Assembly (NCBI GenBank): GCA_963666515.2
Contig: OY762897.2
Location: 1,376,001-1,440,000, forward strand
Source of the DNA: Candidatus Binatia bacterium
Lineage (GTDB): Bacteria > Desulfobacterota > Binatia > UBA9968 > JAJDTQ01
Length of the DNA stretch: 64,000 nt
Direction of reading: 5' to 3'
In this document: in pieces, positions 19,525 to 28,973 of the stretch
Layout of the letters: the number at the start of each line of letters is the position of its first letter
Position numbering within the stretch: the stretch's first letter is position 1
The notes under the pieces: model-generated
What the model was told of the DNA's origin: nothing
The model's input: the letters and a program-made list of their open reading frames with translations, nothing else
The model's database searches: none
Translations under genes and position numbers: made by a program

Positions 19525-20489
19525 GCGTGCTGGTCACCGGCGGCACCGGCTTCGTGGGCATCCACGTAGCCGCCCAACTGGCCGAGATGGGGGAGGCGGT
19601 GGTGACCTTGTCCCTGGAGGGCAAGCTGGACCGTTGCGCGCTGGAGTTTATCGGAGCGGCGAGTGAGCGGATCACTTGCGTCGAGGGCACGGTTCTCGAC
19701 CTTGGACGGCTGCGCTGGATAGTGGATCGGTACGGCGTCGACCGGGTCATCCACGGGGCAGCCATCACCGCCATTGGCAAGCTGGAAAAGGAAGCCGCGC
19801 ATCAAGCGGTGGCGGCCAACGTCAGCGGCACCGCCACGGTCCTGGAAGCCGCGCGTCTCGCCGGGCTGAAACGATTCATTCACCTCAGTTCGGCGAGCGT
19901 CTACGGCTCCACCGACCCGGAGCTTGCACTGGAAGAGGACGCCATACTCGAACCGCGAGACATCTACGGCATCACCAAGCGCGCCGGGGAGGATCTCGCG
20001 CGCCGGTACTTCGACCTGTACCACATGGACGGGGCCATCCTGCGCCTCTCGGCGCCCTACGGTCCGCTGGAACGCATCAACCCCCTGCGCGCCGTCATGT
20101 CGCCGGTGTTCCACTGGTGCCGGGCTGCGCTCAAGGGCGAGGAAGTGGAACTGGCGGAGGACCTCGTGCGCGACCTCACCTACGTCTCGGACGCCGCCCG
20201 GTGCGTGGTGCTGGCGTTTCACAGCCCGAAGCTGCGCCACAGGGTCTACAACGCAAGCTGTGGTGAAAACTTTCGTTTCTCTGATATCCTTGCGGTCTTG
20301 GCGCGAGTCCGGCCAGGTTTCCGCTTCCGCCTCAAGAAAGGCAGGGGTTCATCCTCGTTCTTCCGCGACAGCCTGCGGGGTCCGTTATCCATGAAGCGGG
20401 CACGGGAAGACCTGGGTTTCGAGCCGCAATACGATATCGAGAGCGGATTGCGCCGCTATCTGGAATGGCTGGAAGGGCATCGGATCTGA
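19521..20489 (+). CDS. NAD-dependent epimerase/dehydratase
   Basis: VLVTGGTGFVG, SSASVYG, YGITK; ATGA overlap with upstream gene. Confidence 0.88.
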   Translation: MSVLVTGGTGFVGIHVAAQLAEMGEAVVTLSLEGKLDRCALEFIGAASERITCVEGTVLDLGRLRWIVDRYGVDRVIHGAAITAIGKLEKEAAHQAVAANVSGTATVLEAARLAGLKRFIHLSSASVYGSTDPELALEEDAILEPRDIYGITKRAGEDLARRYFDLYHMDGAILRLSAPYGPLERINPLRAVMSPVFHWCRAALKGEEVELAEDLVRDLTYVSDAARCVVLAFHSPKLRHRVYNASCGENFRFSDILAVLARVRPGFRFRLKKGRGSSSFFRDSLRGPLSMKRAREDLGFEPQYDIESGLRRYLEWLEGHRI

Positions 20490-20522
20490 CAGCCTGTCCG
20501 ATCCTGAAGTGGGAGTTGATTC

Positions 20523-21419
20523 ATGATCCCAAGGGCATTCGAATACTTCGATCCGCCGACGCTGGACGAGGCCGTGGCGCTTCTCGGACGGTACGGCGAC
20601 GACGCCAAGCTCATGGCCGGCGGCCAGAGCCTGCTGCCGATGATGAAGCTGAGGATGGTCTCGCCGGCGGTGGTGGTGGATCTCTGGCGCGTACCGGAAC
20701 TCGACTTCATTCGGCGAGACGATAACGTCGTCCGTATCGGCGCCATGACCACCCACTTCGAGCTTCACAGCTCGCCGCTGATCCAGAGCACCTTGCCAGC
20801 GTTGGCAGACGCCGCCCGGGTGGTAGGCGACCCGCTTGTGCGAAACCTCGGCACCATCGGCGGCAGCGCTGCCCACGCTGCCCACAACGCCGACTATCCG
20901 GCAGTGCTGGTGGCCCTCGACGCCGAGTTCCGCGCCGTGGGGCCGAACGGAGAGAGGATTATTGCCGCTGCCGATTTCTTCACCGACACTTTCACTACCA
21001 GCCTGGAAGCTACTGAAATTCTGACTGAAATCTCGATCCCCGTTCCGGGAGGCCAGGACCGTGGCGCGTACCTGAAGCTGAGCCGTCGCGGAACTGATTT
21101 CGCCATTGTGGGCGTAGCCGCGGTTCTCACGGAAGGAGAGGACGGAGGTTGCACCGATGCCCGCGTCGTACTCACCGGCGTTGCCGACATTCCCGTACGT
21201 GCCGGGGGGGCGGAAAGGATCCTCAAGGCCGGCCCTGTGGATCAGGACCGCATCCATGAGGCCGCAGAGGCCGCCAAACAGGACCTCGACCCCCCTTCGG
21301 ACGTCCAGGCGGACGCACAGTACCGTGTCGACGTCTCCGGCGTCTACGTGCGTCGCGCGGTGGCCGCAGCATGGGAACGTCCGGCAGGCGGCAATACAGC
21401 GCCCCCGTCATCTTCCTGA
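20523..21419 (+). CDS. xanthine dehydrogenase family FAD subunit (CoxM-like)
   Basis: AGGQSLLPMMKLR, VRNLGTIGGS, ADYPA. Confidence 0.9.
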   Translation: MIPRAFEYFDPPTLDEAVALLGRYGDDAKLMAGGQSLLPMMKLRMVSPAVVVDLWRVPELDFIRRDDNVVRIGAMTTHFELHSSPLIQSTLPALADAARVVGDPLVRNLGTIGGSAAHAAHNADYPAVLVALDAEFRAVGPNGERIIAAADFFTDTFTTSLEATEILTEISIPVPGGQDRGAYLKLSRRGTDFAIVGVAAVLTEGEDGGCTDARVVLTGVADIPVRAGGAERILKAGPVDQDRIHEAAEAAKQDLDPPSDVQADAQYRVDVSGVYVRRAVAAAWERPAGGNTAPPSSS

Positions 21420-21456
21420 GCCATGCTTGATCTTGACCAAGTCATATTCTGACCCC

Positions 21457-21696
21457 ATGAAGACCGCCACGATCCACCAGACCAAGACACACCTTTCCCG
21501 GATGTTGAAGGAGATTCAGGAGGGTGAGACCATCATCATACTCAACGGCTCTACGCCGGTGGCCAAACTGACAGCCATTGAGCCGCCCGCAGTCCGGCGT
21601 CCGAAGGTAGGCACGCGAACCTCGCCACCCGTCCAATACGCGGCCGATGCGTTCCAACCGCTCGCGGATGATCAACTGAAGAAGTGGGGTCTTTGA
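21457..21696 (+). CDS. Phd/YefM family antitoxin (no toxin gene follows)
   Basis: [17 protein letters not shown]...GETIII..G.PVAKL, C-terminal DAFQPL..WG. Confidence 0.8.
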   Translation: MKTATIHQTKTHLSRMLKEIQEGETIIILNGSTPVAKLTAIEPPAVRRPKVGTRTSPPVQYAADAFQPLADDQLKKWGL

Positions 21697-21724
21697 CTCA
21701 GTACCCTTGAAAGGAATGGCCCAC

Positions 21725-22201
21725 ATGCCAAGAACCGTCCAGGCCACCGTCAACGGCCGTAAGTACTACGAGGAGAACGTCGAGCCGCGCCTGTTGCTGG
21801 TGCACTTCCTGCGGGATCGGCTGGGTCTCACCGGGACCCATGTGGGCTGTGATTCCACCAACTGCGGGGCGTGCACGGTGATGTTCAACGGCAAGGCCGT
21901 GAAGTCCTGCACGCTGCTTGCGGTGAGGGCCGACGGGGCCGAGATCACCACCATCGAGGGGGTGGCGGACGAGGACCGGCTTCATCCGCTCCAGGAGGGC
22001 TTCTGGGAGAAGCACGGCCTCCAGTGCGGCTACTGCACGCCGGGCATGATCATGTCGGCCTTGCAGTTGCTGGAGCGCCATCCCGACCCTGACGAGGCGA
22101 CCGTGCGGCAGGAACTGGAAGGGAACCTGTGCCGGTGCACGGGCTACCAGAACATCGTGGAGGCGGTGCTGTGGGCCGCCGAGCGGCTGAAGAGCGCGTG
22201 A
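21725..22201 (+). CDS. (2Fe-2S) subunit of Mo-hydroxylase (CoxS-like)
   Basis: [30 protein letters not shown]. Confidence 0.92.
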   Translation: MPRTVQATVNGRKYYEENVEPRLLLVHFLRDRLGLTGTHVGCDSTNCGACTVMFNGKAVKSCTLLAVRADGAEITTIEGVADEDRLHPLQEGFWEKHGLQCGYCTPGMIMSALQLLERHPDPDEATVRQELEGNLCRCTGYQNIVEAVLWAAERLKSA

Positions 22202-22217
22202 GGGTGAGGGTCAAGCC

Positions 22218-24587
22218 ATGCCAATGATCGGACAGAGCATCAAGCGGCGCGAGGACCTGAAGTACGTGACAGGCTCGGGCACCTACGTGGACGACATCAC
22301 CCTGCCGGGCATGCTCTACGCCGCGTTCGTGCGGAGCCCCCACGCCCACGCCCGGCTGCTGGGCGTGGACACGAGCAAGGCGCTGGAGCACCCCAAGGGC
22401 ATCGACGCCGTCACCGGCGCGGAAGCCTACCCGCTGGCGGGCCCCATGCCCGTCTACAGCTACCGTCAGGCCACGGCCATCAAGAAGCCGGACTACCGTT
22501 GCCTGGCCCACGACCGGGTGCGCTTCGTGGGCGAGCCGGTGGCGCTGGTGGCGGCCGCGGACCGCTACGCCGCGGACGACGTGGCCGAGCTGGTGGAGGT
22601 CCGGTACGAGCCCCTGGAGCCCCTGATGGACCCGGACGAGTCCCTCAAGCCGGACGCGCCAAAACTGCACGACAACCTGGACAACAACGTGGGGCTGCGC
22701 ATCGAGCGCCAGGGCGGGGACATGGAGGCCGCCTACCGGGAGGCCGACTTCGTCTTCAAACGGCGCTACCGCATGCACCGCCACACCGGCACACCCATCG
22801 AGACCCGGGGCTGCATCGCCCAGTACAACACCGGCACGAAGGAGCTGACCCTCCACTGCTCGACCCAGATCCCGCACATCCTCAAGACCCATCTGTCGGA
22901 GATACTGGACTTCCCCGAGTTCAAGATCCGGGTCATCGCGCCGGACGTGGGCGGCGGCTTCGGCAACAAGCTGCAGGTGCCGCCCGAGGTGGTGGCCGTG
23001 TGCCTGATGGCCATCAAGACGCGCCGCCCGGTGAAGTGGATCGAGACCCGGCGGGAGAGCCTGATGGCGTTCCTGCACGCCCGCGAACAGACCCACGACG
23101 TGGAGATCCCGGTGAAGCGGGACGGCACCATCCTGGGCATCAAGTCGCACGAGATCGTCAACGCCGGCGGCTATCTCGACGCCCGCATCAGCGGCCCGTC
23201 GCTGGGCGCCGGCATGTGGCTGCCCGGGCCTTACATGGTCAAGGGCTACCAGGTGGACATCGACGCGGTGATGACCAACAAGTGCCCCTACGGCGCCTAC
23301 CGGGGGTTCGGCAGCCAGATGGGCGCGCTGGTCATCGAGCGCTCTGTGGACCTCATCGCCCGCCAGCTCGGCCGCGACCCGGTGGACCTGCGCCGGCAGA
23401 ACGTCATCAAGGAGACCCCCTACAAGTGCGTCACCGGGCACGAGTTCGACAGCGGCGACTACGTGGCCGGGCTCGACAAGGCTCTGGAGATGGTGGACTA
23501 CCCGGCGCTCAGGGAGGAGCAGGCGCGGCTCCGCAGGGAAGGCCGCTACATGGGCATCGGCGTGGCCATGGCGGTGGAAGGCGCGGGCTGGAACACCTAC
23601 ACCGCGGCCATGGCCCAGCACTACGTGCCCACACTGGACTACGCCACGGTCACCATGCGCATGGACACCTCCGGCAACGTCAAGGTGCTCATCGGCGACG
23701 TCGCCTGCGGCACCAGCCACGCCACCACCGCGGCGCAGGTGGCCGCGGACGCCACCGGACTGCCCATCGAAACCATCGAAGTGGTGGAAGGGGACACCGC
23801 GGTGACGCCCTACGACTCGGGCACCCGCGCCGCGCGGTTCAGCGCGGTGGTGCTGCCGGCGGTGGCGGAGTCGGGCATGGCGCTCAAGAAGAAGGTGTGC
23901 CGCGTCGGCGCCCACTTGCTGGAGGGGTCCGAGGAGGACATGGAGATCGTCGAGGGGCAAGTGCAGGTGCGTGGCGTGCCGGACAGGAGCCTGCCGGTGA
24001 GCCGAGTGGCCCGGGTGGCCTACTCGGAGGTGGCGACCCTGCCCCGGGAAATCCCAGCGGGCCTCGAGGCCACCGAATCGTTCAAGGCGCCGGTGAGCGG
24101 CCTTTGCATCACCTGGCCCTACTCTATCCACATTCCGGTGGTGGAGGTGGACATCGAAACCGGCGCCGTGAAGTTCCTGCGCTACGCCATCGTCCATGAC
24201 TGCGGAGTCGAGATCAACCCCATGGTGGTGGAAGGGCAGGTGGTGGGCGGCACCGCCCAGGGCGTGGGCGGCGCTCTGCTGGAAGAGCTGGTCTACGACG
24301 AGGACGGCCAGCTCCTCACCACCAGCTTCATGGACTACCTCATCCCCACGGCCACGGACATGCCGTCTTTCGAGGTGTGCCATCTCCAGACCGCGGCGCC
24401 GCAGATTCCGGGCGGCTACAAGGGAATGGGGGAGGGCGGCTGCGTGTACGTCTACGCCGCGGTGGTGAACGCCGTGGCCGATGCCATCGAGCCCCTGGGG
24501 GTGGAGATCACTTCGACCCCGCTGTCGCCCAGCCGCATCCTGGAGCTGCTGCGGGAAGCCAAGGGCCGGAACGGAGGAAATGCCTGA
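22218..24587 (+). CDS. xanthine dehydrogenase family molybdopterin subunit (CoxL-like, not CODH)
   Basis: RSPHAHA, DVGGGFG.K, AYRGFG, QGVGGAL.E, KGMGE. Confidence 0.9.
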   Translation: MPMIGQSIKRREDLKYVTGSGTYVDDITLPGMLYAAFVRSPHAHARLLGVDTSKALEHPKGIDAVTGAEAYPLAGPMPVYSYRQATAIKKPDYRCLAHDRVRFVGEPVALVAAADRYAADDVAELVEVRYEPLEPLMDPDESLKPDAPKLHDNLDNNVGLRIERQGGDMEAAYREADFVFKRRYRMHRHTGTPIETRGCIAQYNTGTKELTLHCSTQIPHILKTHLSEILDFPEFKIRVIAPDVGGGFGNKLQVPPEVVAVCLMAIKTRRPVKWIETRRESLMAFLHAREQTHDVEIPVKRDGTILGIKSHEIVNAGGYLDARISGPSLGAGMWLPGPYMVKGYQVDIDAVMTNKCPYGAYRGFGSQMGALVIERSVDLIARQLGRDPVDLRRQNVIKETPYKCVTGHEFDSGDYVAGLDKALEMVDYPALREEQARLRREGRYMGIGVAMAVEGAGWNTYTAAMAQHYVPTLDYATVTMRMDTSGNVKVLIGDVACGTSHATTAAQVAADATGLPIETIEVVEGDTAVTPYDSGTRAARFSAVVLPAVAESGMALKKKVCRVGAHLLEGSEEDMEIVEGQVQVRGVPDRSLPVSRVARVAYSEVATLPREIPAGLEATESFKAPVSGLCITWPYSIHIPVVEVDIETGAVKFLRYAIVHDCGVEINPMVVEGQVVGGTAQGVGGALLEELVYDEDGQLLTTSFMDYLIPTATDMPSFEVCHLQTAAPQIPGGYKGMGEGGCVYVYAAVVNAVADAIEPLGVEITSTPLSPSRILELLREAKGRNGGNA

Positions 24588-25858
24588 TGCGTATCCGGGA
24601 GCTTGTAACCGCGTGCCGCGAGCGCGGCGACCTGTGCACCGTCGGCGAAGCCATCGACCGGGAGTCCATGCCCGGACGGATCCAGGACGAGGAGAAGAAC
24701 GGCAACCGCGCCATCCTGTTCGAGCGCGTCAACGGCTATGACGTGCCGGTGCTGGCCAACCTCTACGGCACCATGGAGCGTTACGCCCTGGGCCTGGGTA
24801 CGGATGTCGCGAAGATGTGGGAGCACTTCGACCACGCGGTGGCGCATCCGGAGCCCGTGCTGGAGGCCGCGGACGCCCCCTGCTTCGAGGTAGTGCACGA
24901 CGACCCGGACATCACGAAGATCCTGCCGCTGGCGCAGTACTCGGAACGGGACGCCGGCCCCTACATCACCTCCGGGGTGGTGTTCATGAAGGACCCGGAC
25001 TCGGGGCGCGTCAACATCTCCTTCATCCGCCACATGGTGAAGGGCCCCAAGAAGCTGGGTTTCAACCCCAAGTCGGTGCACAACCGGCTCTACTACAACC
25101 GCATCGCCCGCAAGGGGCGGCGGATGGAAGTGGCCATCACCCTGGGGCCGCCGTCGGAGATGCTGGCCGCGGCCGCGGGCTACATCCCGGAGGGGGTGGA
25201 CGAGGTCCAGGTGGCCACGGCGCTGGCCGCGCCGGAGCACCGCGGCGAGCTGGCCATGGCCCAATGCGGCGCCGTGGACATCCAGGTGCCGGCGGGGTGC
25301 GAGTTCGTCATCGAGGGGGTGGTGTCCACCGACCTGGAGACCGAGGGCCCGTTCGGCGACTGGACCGGCTGCTACGCCCGGCCGCAACAGAAGCCCACCC
25401 TGGACATCCTGCGAGTGTCGCACCGCCAGGACCCGGTGTACCAGACCATCCTGCCGGTGGACTCCAGGGAGCAGATCCTGCTCACCATCGTGCGGTTCTT
25501 GCCGGAGCTGGAGGCGATCCAGCGCAAGTATCCCGAGATCAAGCGTTACACGGTGCCCGACTACGCTTTGGGGCGACTGGTGGTGGCCGCGGTGGGACCC
25601 ACCGAGCGGGCGCCTGCGATCATGGACGACTACCTCGGGATCCAGTGCATCAACCGCGCCATCCTGGTGAACGAGGACGTGAACATCGACGACCCCGCTG
25701 ACGTGCTCTGGGCCGTGAGCAACCGTATCCTGGAGCCGGAGAAGGTGGTGGACCGGGGCTGCGACGACGAGTGGTGGAACAACTTGAAGCTGGGAATCGA
25801 CACCATGGTGGACATCGACGACATCCGCCATGTGCGGCCCAGGATCATCCACCGCTGA
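24587..25858 (+). CDS. UbiD family (prFMN-dependent) decarboxylase
   Basis: NLYGT, DAGPYIT, N.SFIR, EFVIEG, EGPFGD.TG.Y; TGATG coupling to the Mo subunit. Confidence 0.88.
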   Translation: MRIRELVTACRERGDLCTVGEAIDRESMPGRIQDEEKNGNRAILFERVNGYDVPVLANLYGTMERYALGLGTDVAKMWEHFDHAVAHPEPVLEAADAPCFEVVHDDPDITKILPLAQYSERDAGPYITSGVVFMKDPDSGRVNISFIRHMVKGPKKLGFNPKSVHNRLYYNRIARKGRRMEVAITLGPPSEMLAAAAGYIPEGVDEVQVATALAAPEHRGELAMAQCGAVDIQVPAGCEFVIEGVVSTDLETEGPFGDWTGCYARPQQKPTLDILRVSHRQDPVYQTILPVDSREQILLTIVRFLPELEAIQRKYPEIKRYTVPDYALGRLVVAAVGPTERAPAIMDDYLGIQCINRAILVNEDVNIDDPADVLWAVSNRILEPEKVVDRGCDDEWWNNLKLGIDTMVDIDDIRHVRPRIIHR

Positions 25859-25919
25859 GCGCGAGAGTATCCCCGACCCCTGGTGACTGCCTGAAGCGAA
25901 CCGAGCACTGGAGCCGACC

Positions 25920-26591
25920 ATGCCCAAGCTCATCGACCTGAGCCTGCCGCTGACCGCCAACGTCACCGTGGTGCCGGGCCATCCGACGCTGTCATTCCAC
26001 CCGATCCACCAGCACGAGACCCACGGGCGATCCAACACCGAGATGCGCGCCAGCATCCACACCGGCACCCACTGCGACCCGCCGTATCACTTCGTGCCGG
26101 GCGGCAAGACCATCGACCAGATGCCGCTGGAGCGTTTCATGGGCCCCGCGGTCAAGATAGACCTGCGGCGCAAGGTGAAGCCCAGGACCGGCATCACCAT
26201 CGACGACGTGCGCACCTCGCCGGGCTTTCGCGAGCGCGACCTCAAGGGAAGGATCGTGGTGTTCCACACGGGCTGGAACCGCAAGATGTTCGGCGAGCCC
26301 AACTACTACTTCGACAACCCGTTCATCACCGTCGAGCTGGCGCGCTGGCTGGTGTCCAAGCGCATCAAGGCGCTGGCCCTGGACTCGCCCCAGGACCAGG
26401 TGCAGGGGAAGGGCGAGCCGCGCCCCGGCGACTTCCCGGTGCACCGGACCTTCCTGGGCAAGGGCATCCCGTTCATCGAGCACCTGGCCAACCTGCACAA
26501 GGTGCGGCAGCGCACGTTCACGCTGATCGCCTTTCCCATCAAGATAGAGGGCGGAGACGGGGCGCCGTGCCGGGCGGTGGCGGTGGTGTAG
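25920..26591 (+). CDS. cyclase family metal-dependent hydrolase (kynurenine formamidase/isatin hydrolase-like)
   Basis: LIDLS, HTGTHCD.P.H, FHTGW, PVH, IEHL, GGDGAPCR. Confidence 0.88.
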   Translation: MPKLIDLSLPLTANVTVVPGHPTLSFHPIHQHETHGRSNTEMRASIHTGTHCDPPYHFVPGGKTIDQMPLERFMGPAVKIDLRRKVKPRTGITIDDVRTSPGFRERDLKGRIVVFHTGWNRKMFGEPNYYFDNPFITVELARWLVSKRIKALALDSPQDQVQGKGEPRPGDFPVHRTFLGKGIPFIEHLANLHKVRQRTFTLIAFPIKIEGGDGAPCRAVAVV

Positions 26592-26603
26592 CGGCAAACA
26601 CAA

Positions 26604-26640
26604 AACCGCCCCTTCCCGGTTTACGCGGAAAGGGGCGGTT
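26604..26640 (-). terminator. intrinsic terminator between convergent cyclase and tctC genes
   Basis: AACCGCCCCTT...AAGGGGCGGTT stem, followed by a T-rich run on the minus strand. Confidence 0.7.
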
Positions 26641-26673
26641 CACGGCGTCAGCCGCAGGCGGTTGGCTGAACCC

Positions 26674-27711
26674 TCACTTGGGCAGCATCCACTTGAGGCG
26701 TTCCTTGGTATCCGGTGACATGGACAGGATCGTGTCCGTGTGCTTCTCGGCTTCCTCGCCGGATACGTAGACGACGTTCAGCTTCGACTTCTTGGCGTCT
26801 GCCAGGAAGGCCGGGTCCTTGAGGGTGTCGGCATAGGCCTTGCGCCAAGCCGCCACACGGTCCTTGGGGGTGCCTGGCGGCAGCGTCACCGGCCGCTGGA
26901 AGTTGTACTGCACCGCCCAGGCGTTGAGCATCTCCACGTTGTCCTTGCCCTGGACCAGGTCCGTCACACGCGGCAGGCCCTTCACTTCCTTGTCTGGCGG
27001 GCTGCCGTGGACCAGGATCGGGATCAGCTTGTCGTCGCCCTTGGCGTCGAGCATGGAGCGCGCCGTGACACGCATGGACTCGAACGCCATGCACACGCCG
27101 CCCAGCTCCCTGGCCTGCAAGGCCAGCCGTATGATCGCCGTGCCCTTGTAACCGGGAACGATGTCGAAGATTTTCTTGCCGGAGGCGATGTTGAGGATGG
27201 TGGGCAGGGTGGTGCCGGTTCCGCCCGCCGATCCGACCTTGAGGGGCTTCCCGGACTTCACCAAGTCGTCCCAACTTTTGAGGCCGGTGAATCCCATCAC
27301 CGCGCAGCTCGGCCAACCGGTCACGGGTGCGCCGACCCAGCCGTAGTTCCGGCCCTTGAAGTTCACGCGCCGGGAGCCCAGCGCCTCGTGCAGCAGGAAC
27401 ACGTTGTTCCAGACGCCGACGGTCAGGCCGTCGGGCTTGACCTTGTTGTAGAGGTAGTTGGCGACGATGAGGCCGCCCGCGCCGGTCAGGTTCTGCACCA
27501 CCGGGGTCGGGTTGCCGGGAAAATGCTTGCTGATGTGGCGCGCGGCGGTGCGGGTATAGGTGTCGTAGCCGCCGCCGGGCGAGGCGCCGACGATGAACCG
27601 GATGGTCTTGCCCTTGAAGAACTTCTCGACGCCGAAGGCGTTGCCCGACACGCCCAGGACGAGCGCCAGCGCAATGCTCAGGCTGATGATTCCAACGACT
27701 GCTCGCTTCAT
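26674..27711 (-). CDS. TctC/Bug family substrate-binding protein
   Basis: signal peptide, GKTIRFIVG.SPGGGYD, VQNLTGAGG, GYKG, PPGTP. Confidence 0.9.
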   Translation of the reverse strand: MKRAVVGIISLSIALALVLGVSGNAFGVEKFFKGKTIRFIVGASPGGGYDTYTRTAARHISKHFPGNPTPVVQNLTGAGGLIVANYLYNKVKPDGLTVGVWNNVFLLHEALGSRRVNFKGRNYGWVGAPVTGWPSCAVMGFTGLKSWDDLVKSGKPLKVGSAGGTGTTLPTILNIASGKKIFDIVPGYKGTAIIRLALQARELGGVCMAFESMRVTARSMLDAKGDDKLIPILVHGSPPDKEVKGLPRVTDLVQGKDNVEMLNAWAVQYNFQRPVTLPPGTPKDRVAAWRKAYADTLKDPAFLADAKKSKLNVVYVSGEEAEKHTDTILSMSPDTKERLKWMLPK

Positions 27712-27768
27712 GTGTGGACTCCTCCGTTGGTCGTTTCGGCTTGACGATCGGGGCGACCGCTCACCCGT

Positions 27769-28797
27769 TTACTTGGGCAGCATCCAGTTCAGCCGCTCCT
27801 TGGTCTCCTCGGACAGGTTCAGCATGATTTCCACGTACTCGTCGATCCGCTCTCCGGACACGTACTCGACGTTCAGGCGTGACTTCTTGGCGTCCGCCAG
27901 AAAGGCGGGGTCGCTGAGGGTGGCGGCGTAGGCCTTGCGCCACGCGGCCACGCGTTCCTTGGGGGTTCCCGGAGCGAGGGTCAGCGGCCGCTGAAAGTTG
28001 TACTGCAAGGCCCAGGCGTTGAGCATGGCCACGTTGTCCTTGCCCTTGACGAGGTCGGCTACACGCGGGATGCCCTGTACTTCGGGATCCGGCGGATTGC
28101 CGTGAACGAGAATAGGGATCAGCTCGTCACCGCCCTTGGCGTCGAGCATCGAACGGGCGGTCACCCGCATGGACTCGAACGACATGCAGACCCCGCCCAG
28201 CTCTCTTGCCTGCATGGCCAGCCGCACCGGCGCGGTACCCCTGTAGCCGGGAATGATCTCGAAGATCTTCTTGCCGGTCGCCATGTTCAAGATGGTCGGC
28301 AGCGTGGTGCCGGTTCCACCGGCCGATCCCACCTTGAGGGGCTTGCCCGACTTGACCAGATCGTCCCAGCTCTTGAGGCCGGTGAATCCCATCACCGCGC
28401 AACTCGGCCACCCGGTGACGGGAGCGCCGACCCAGCCGAACTTCCGCGCGTCGAACTTGACCCGTCTGCTGCCCAGGGCCTGATGCACCACGAACTGGTT
28501 GTTCCACACGCCCACGGTCAGACCGTTGGGCTTGGTCTTGTTGTAGATGTAGTTGCCGGCGATGAGGCCGCCGGCGCCGGTGAGGTTCTGCACCACCGGC
28601 GTGGGCTTGCCCGGAAAGTGTTTGGTGATGTGGCGGGCGGTAGTCCGGGTATAGGTATCGTAGCCGCCGCCCGGCGCATGACCCACGATGAACCGGATGG
28701 TCTTGCCCTTGTAGAAGTCCGCCACGCTCCACGCCGGCCCCGACATGAGCGCCAAGGCTATGCCTGCCGTTGCCACGGCAGTGAGTGTCCGTACCAT
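27769..28797 (-). CDS. TctC/Bug family substrate-binding protein, tandem paralog
   Basis: same motifs as the neighbour; AAGGGAG RBS before ATG 28797. Confidence 0.9.
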   Translation of the reverse strand: MVRTLTAVATAGIALALMSGPAWSVADFYKGKTIRFIVGHAPGGGYDTYTRTTARHITKHFPGKPTPVVQNLTGAGGLIAGNYIYNKTKPNGLTVGVWNNQFVVHQALGSRRVKFDARKFGWVGAPVTGWPSCAVMGFTGLKSWDDLVKSGKPLKVGSAGGTGTTLPTILNMATGKKIFEIIPGYRGTAPVRLAMQARELGGVCMSFESMRVTARSMLDAKGGDELIPILVHGNPPDPEVQGIPRVADLVKGKDNVAMLNAWALQYNFQRPLTLAPGTPKERVAAWRKAYAATLSDPAFLADAKKSRLNVEYVSGERIDEYVEIMLNLSEETKERLNWMLPK

Positions 28798-28973
28798 TGT
28801 AAGCTCCCTTCCTGGATGGTGGAATGCACCGTTGCTAGAAGGCACACACAATGCAAGACGGCAGGAAGATTGTCAAGAACGGGAGGGACCTCGGGCGGCG
28901 GGCCTGTTGCCTGTCCGGGCCCCGTGTTATAGGTGCTGGTGGCCTTACAGACACCGATGGAGAGGTACGAACC

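Noticed and set aside
17967-20489. 840-aa ORF suggesting a fusion to the epimerase
   Set aside because: The upstream part is an off-frame overlap of the flavoprotein gene; the real start is ATG 19521
20523-24587. Aerobic CO dehydrogenase (coxMSL)
   Set aside because: The active-site loop is AYRGFG, not AYxCSFR (form I) or AYRGAGR (form II), and no coxDEFG follows
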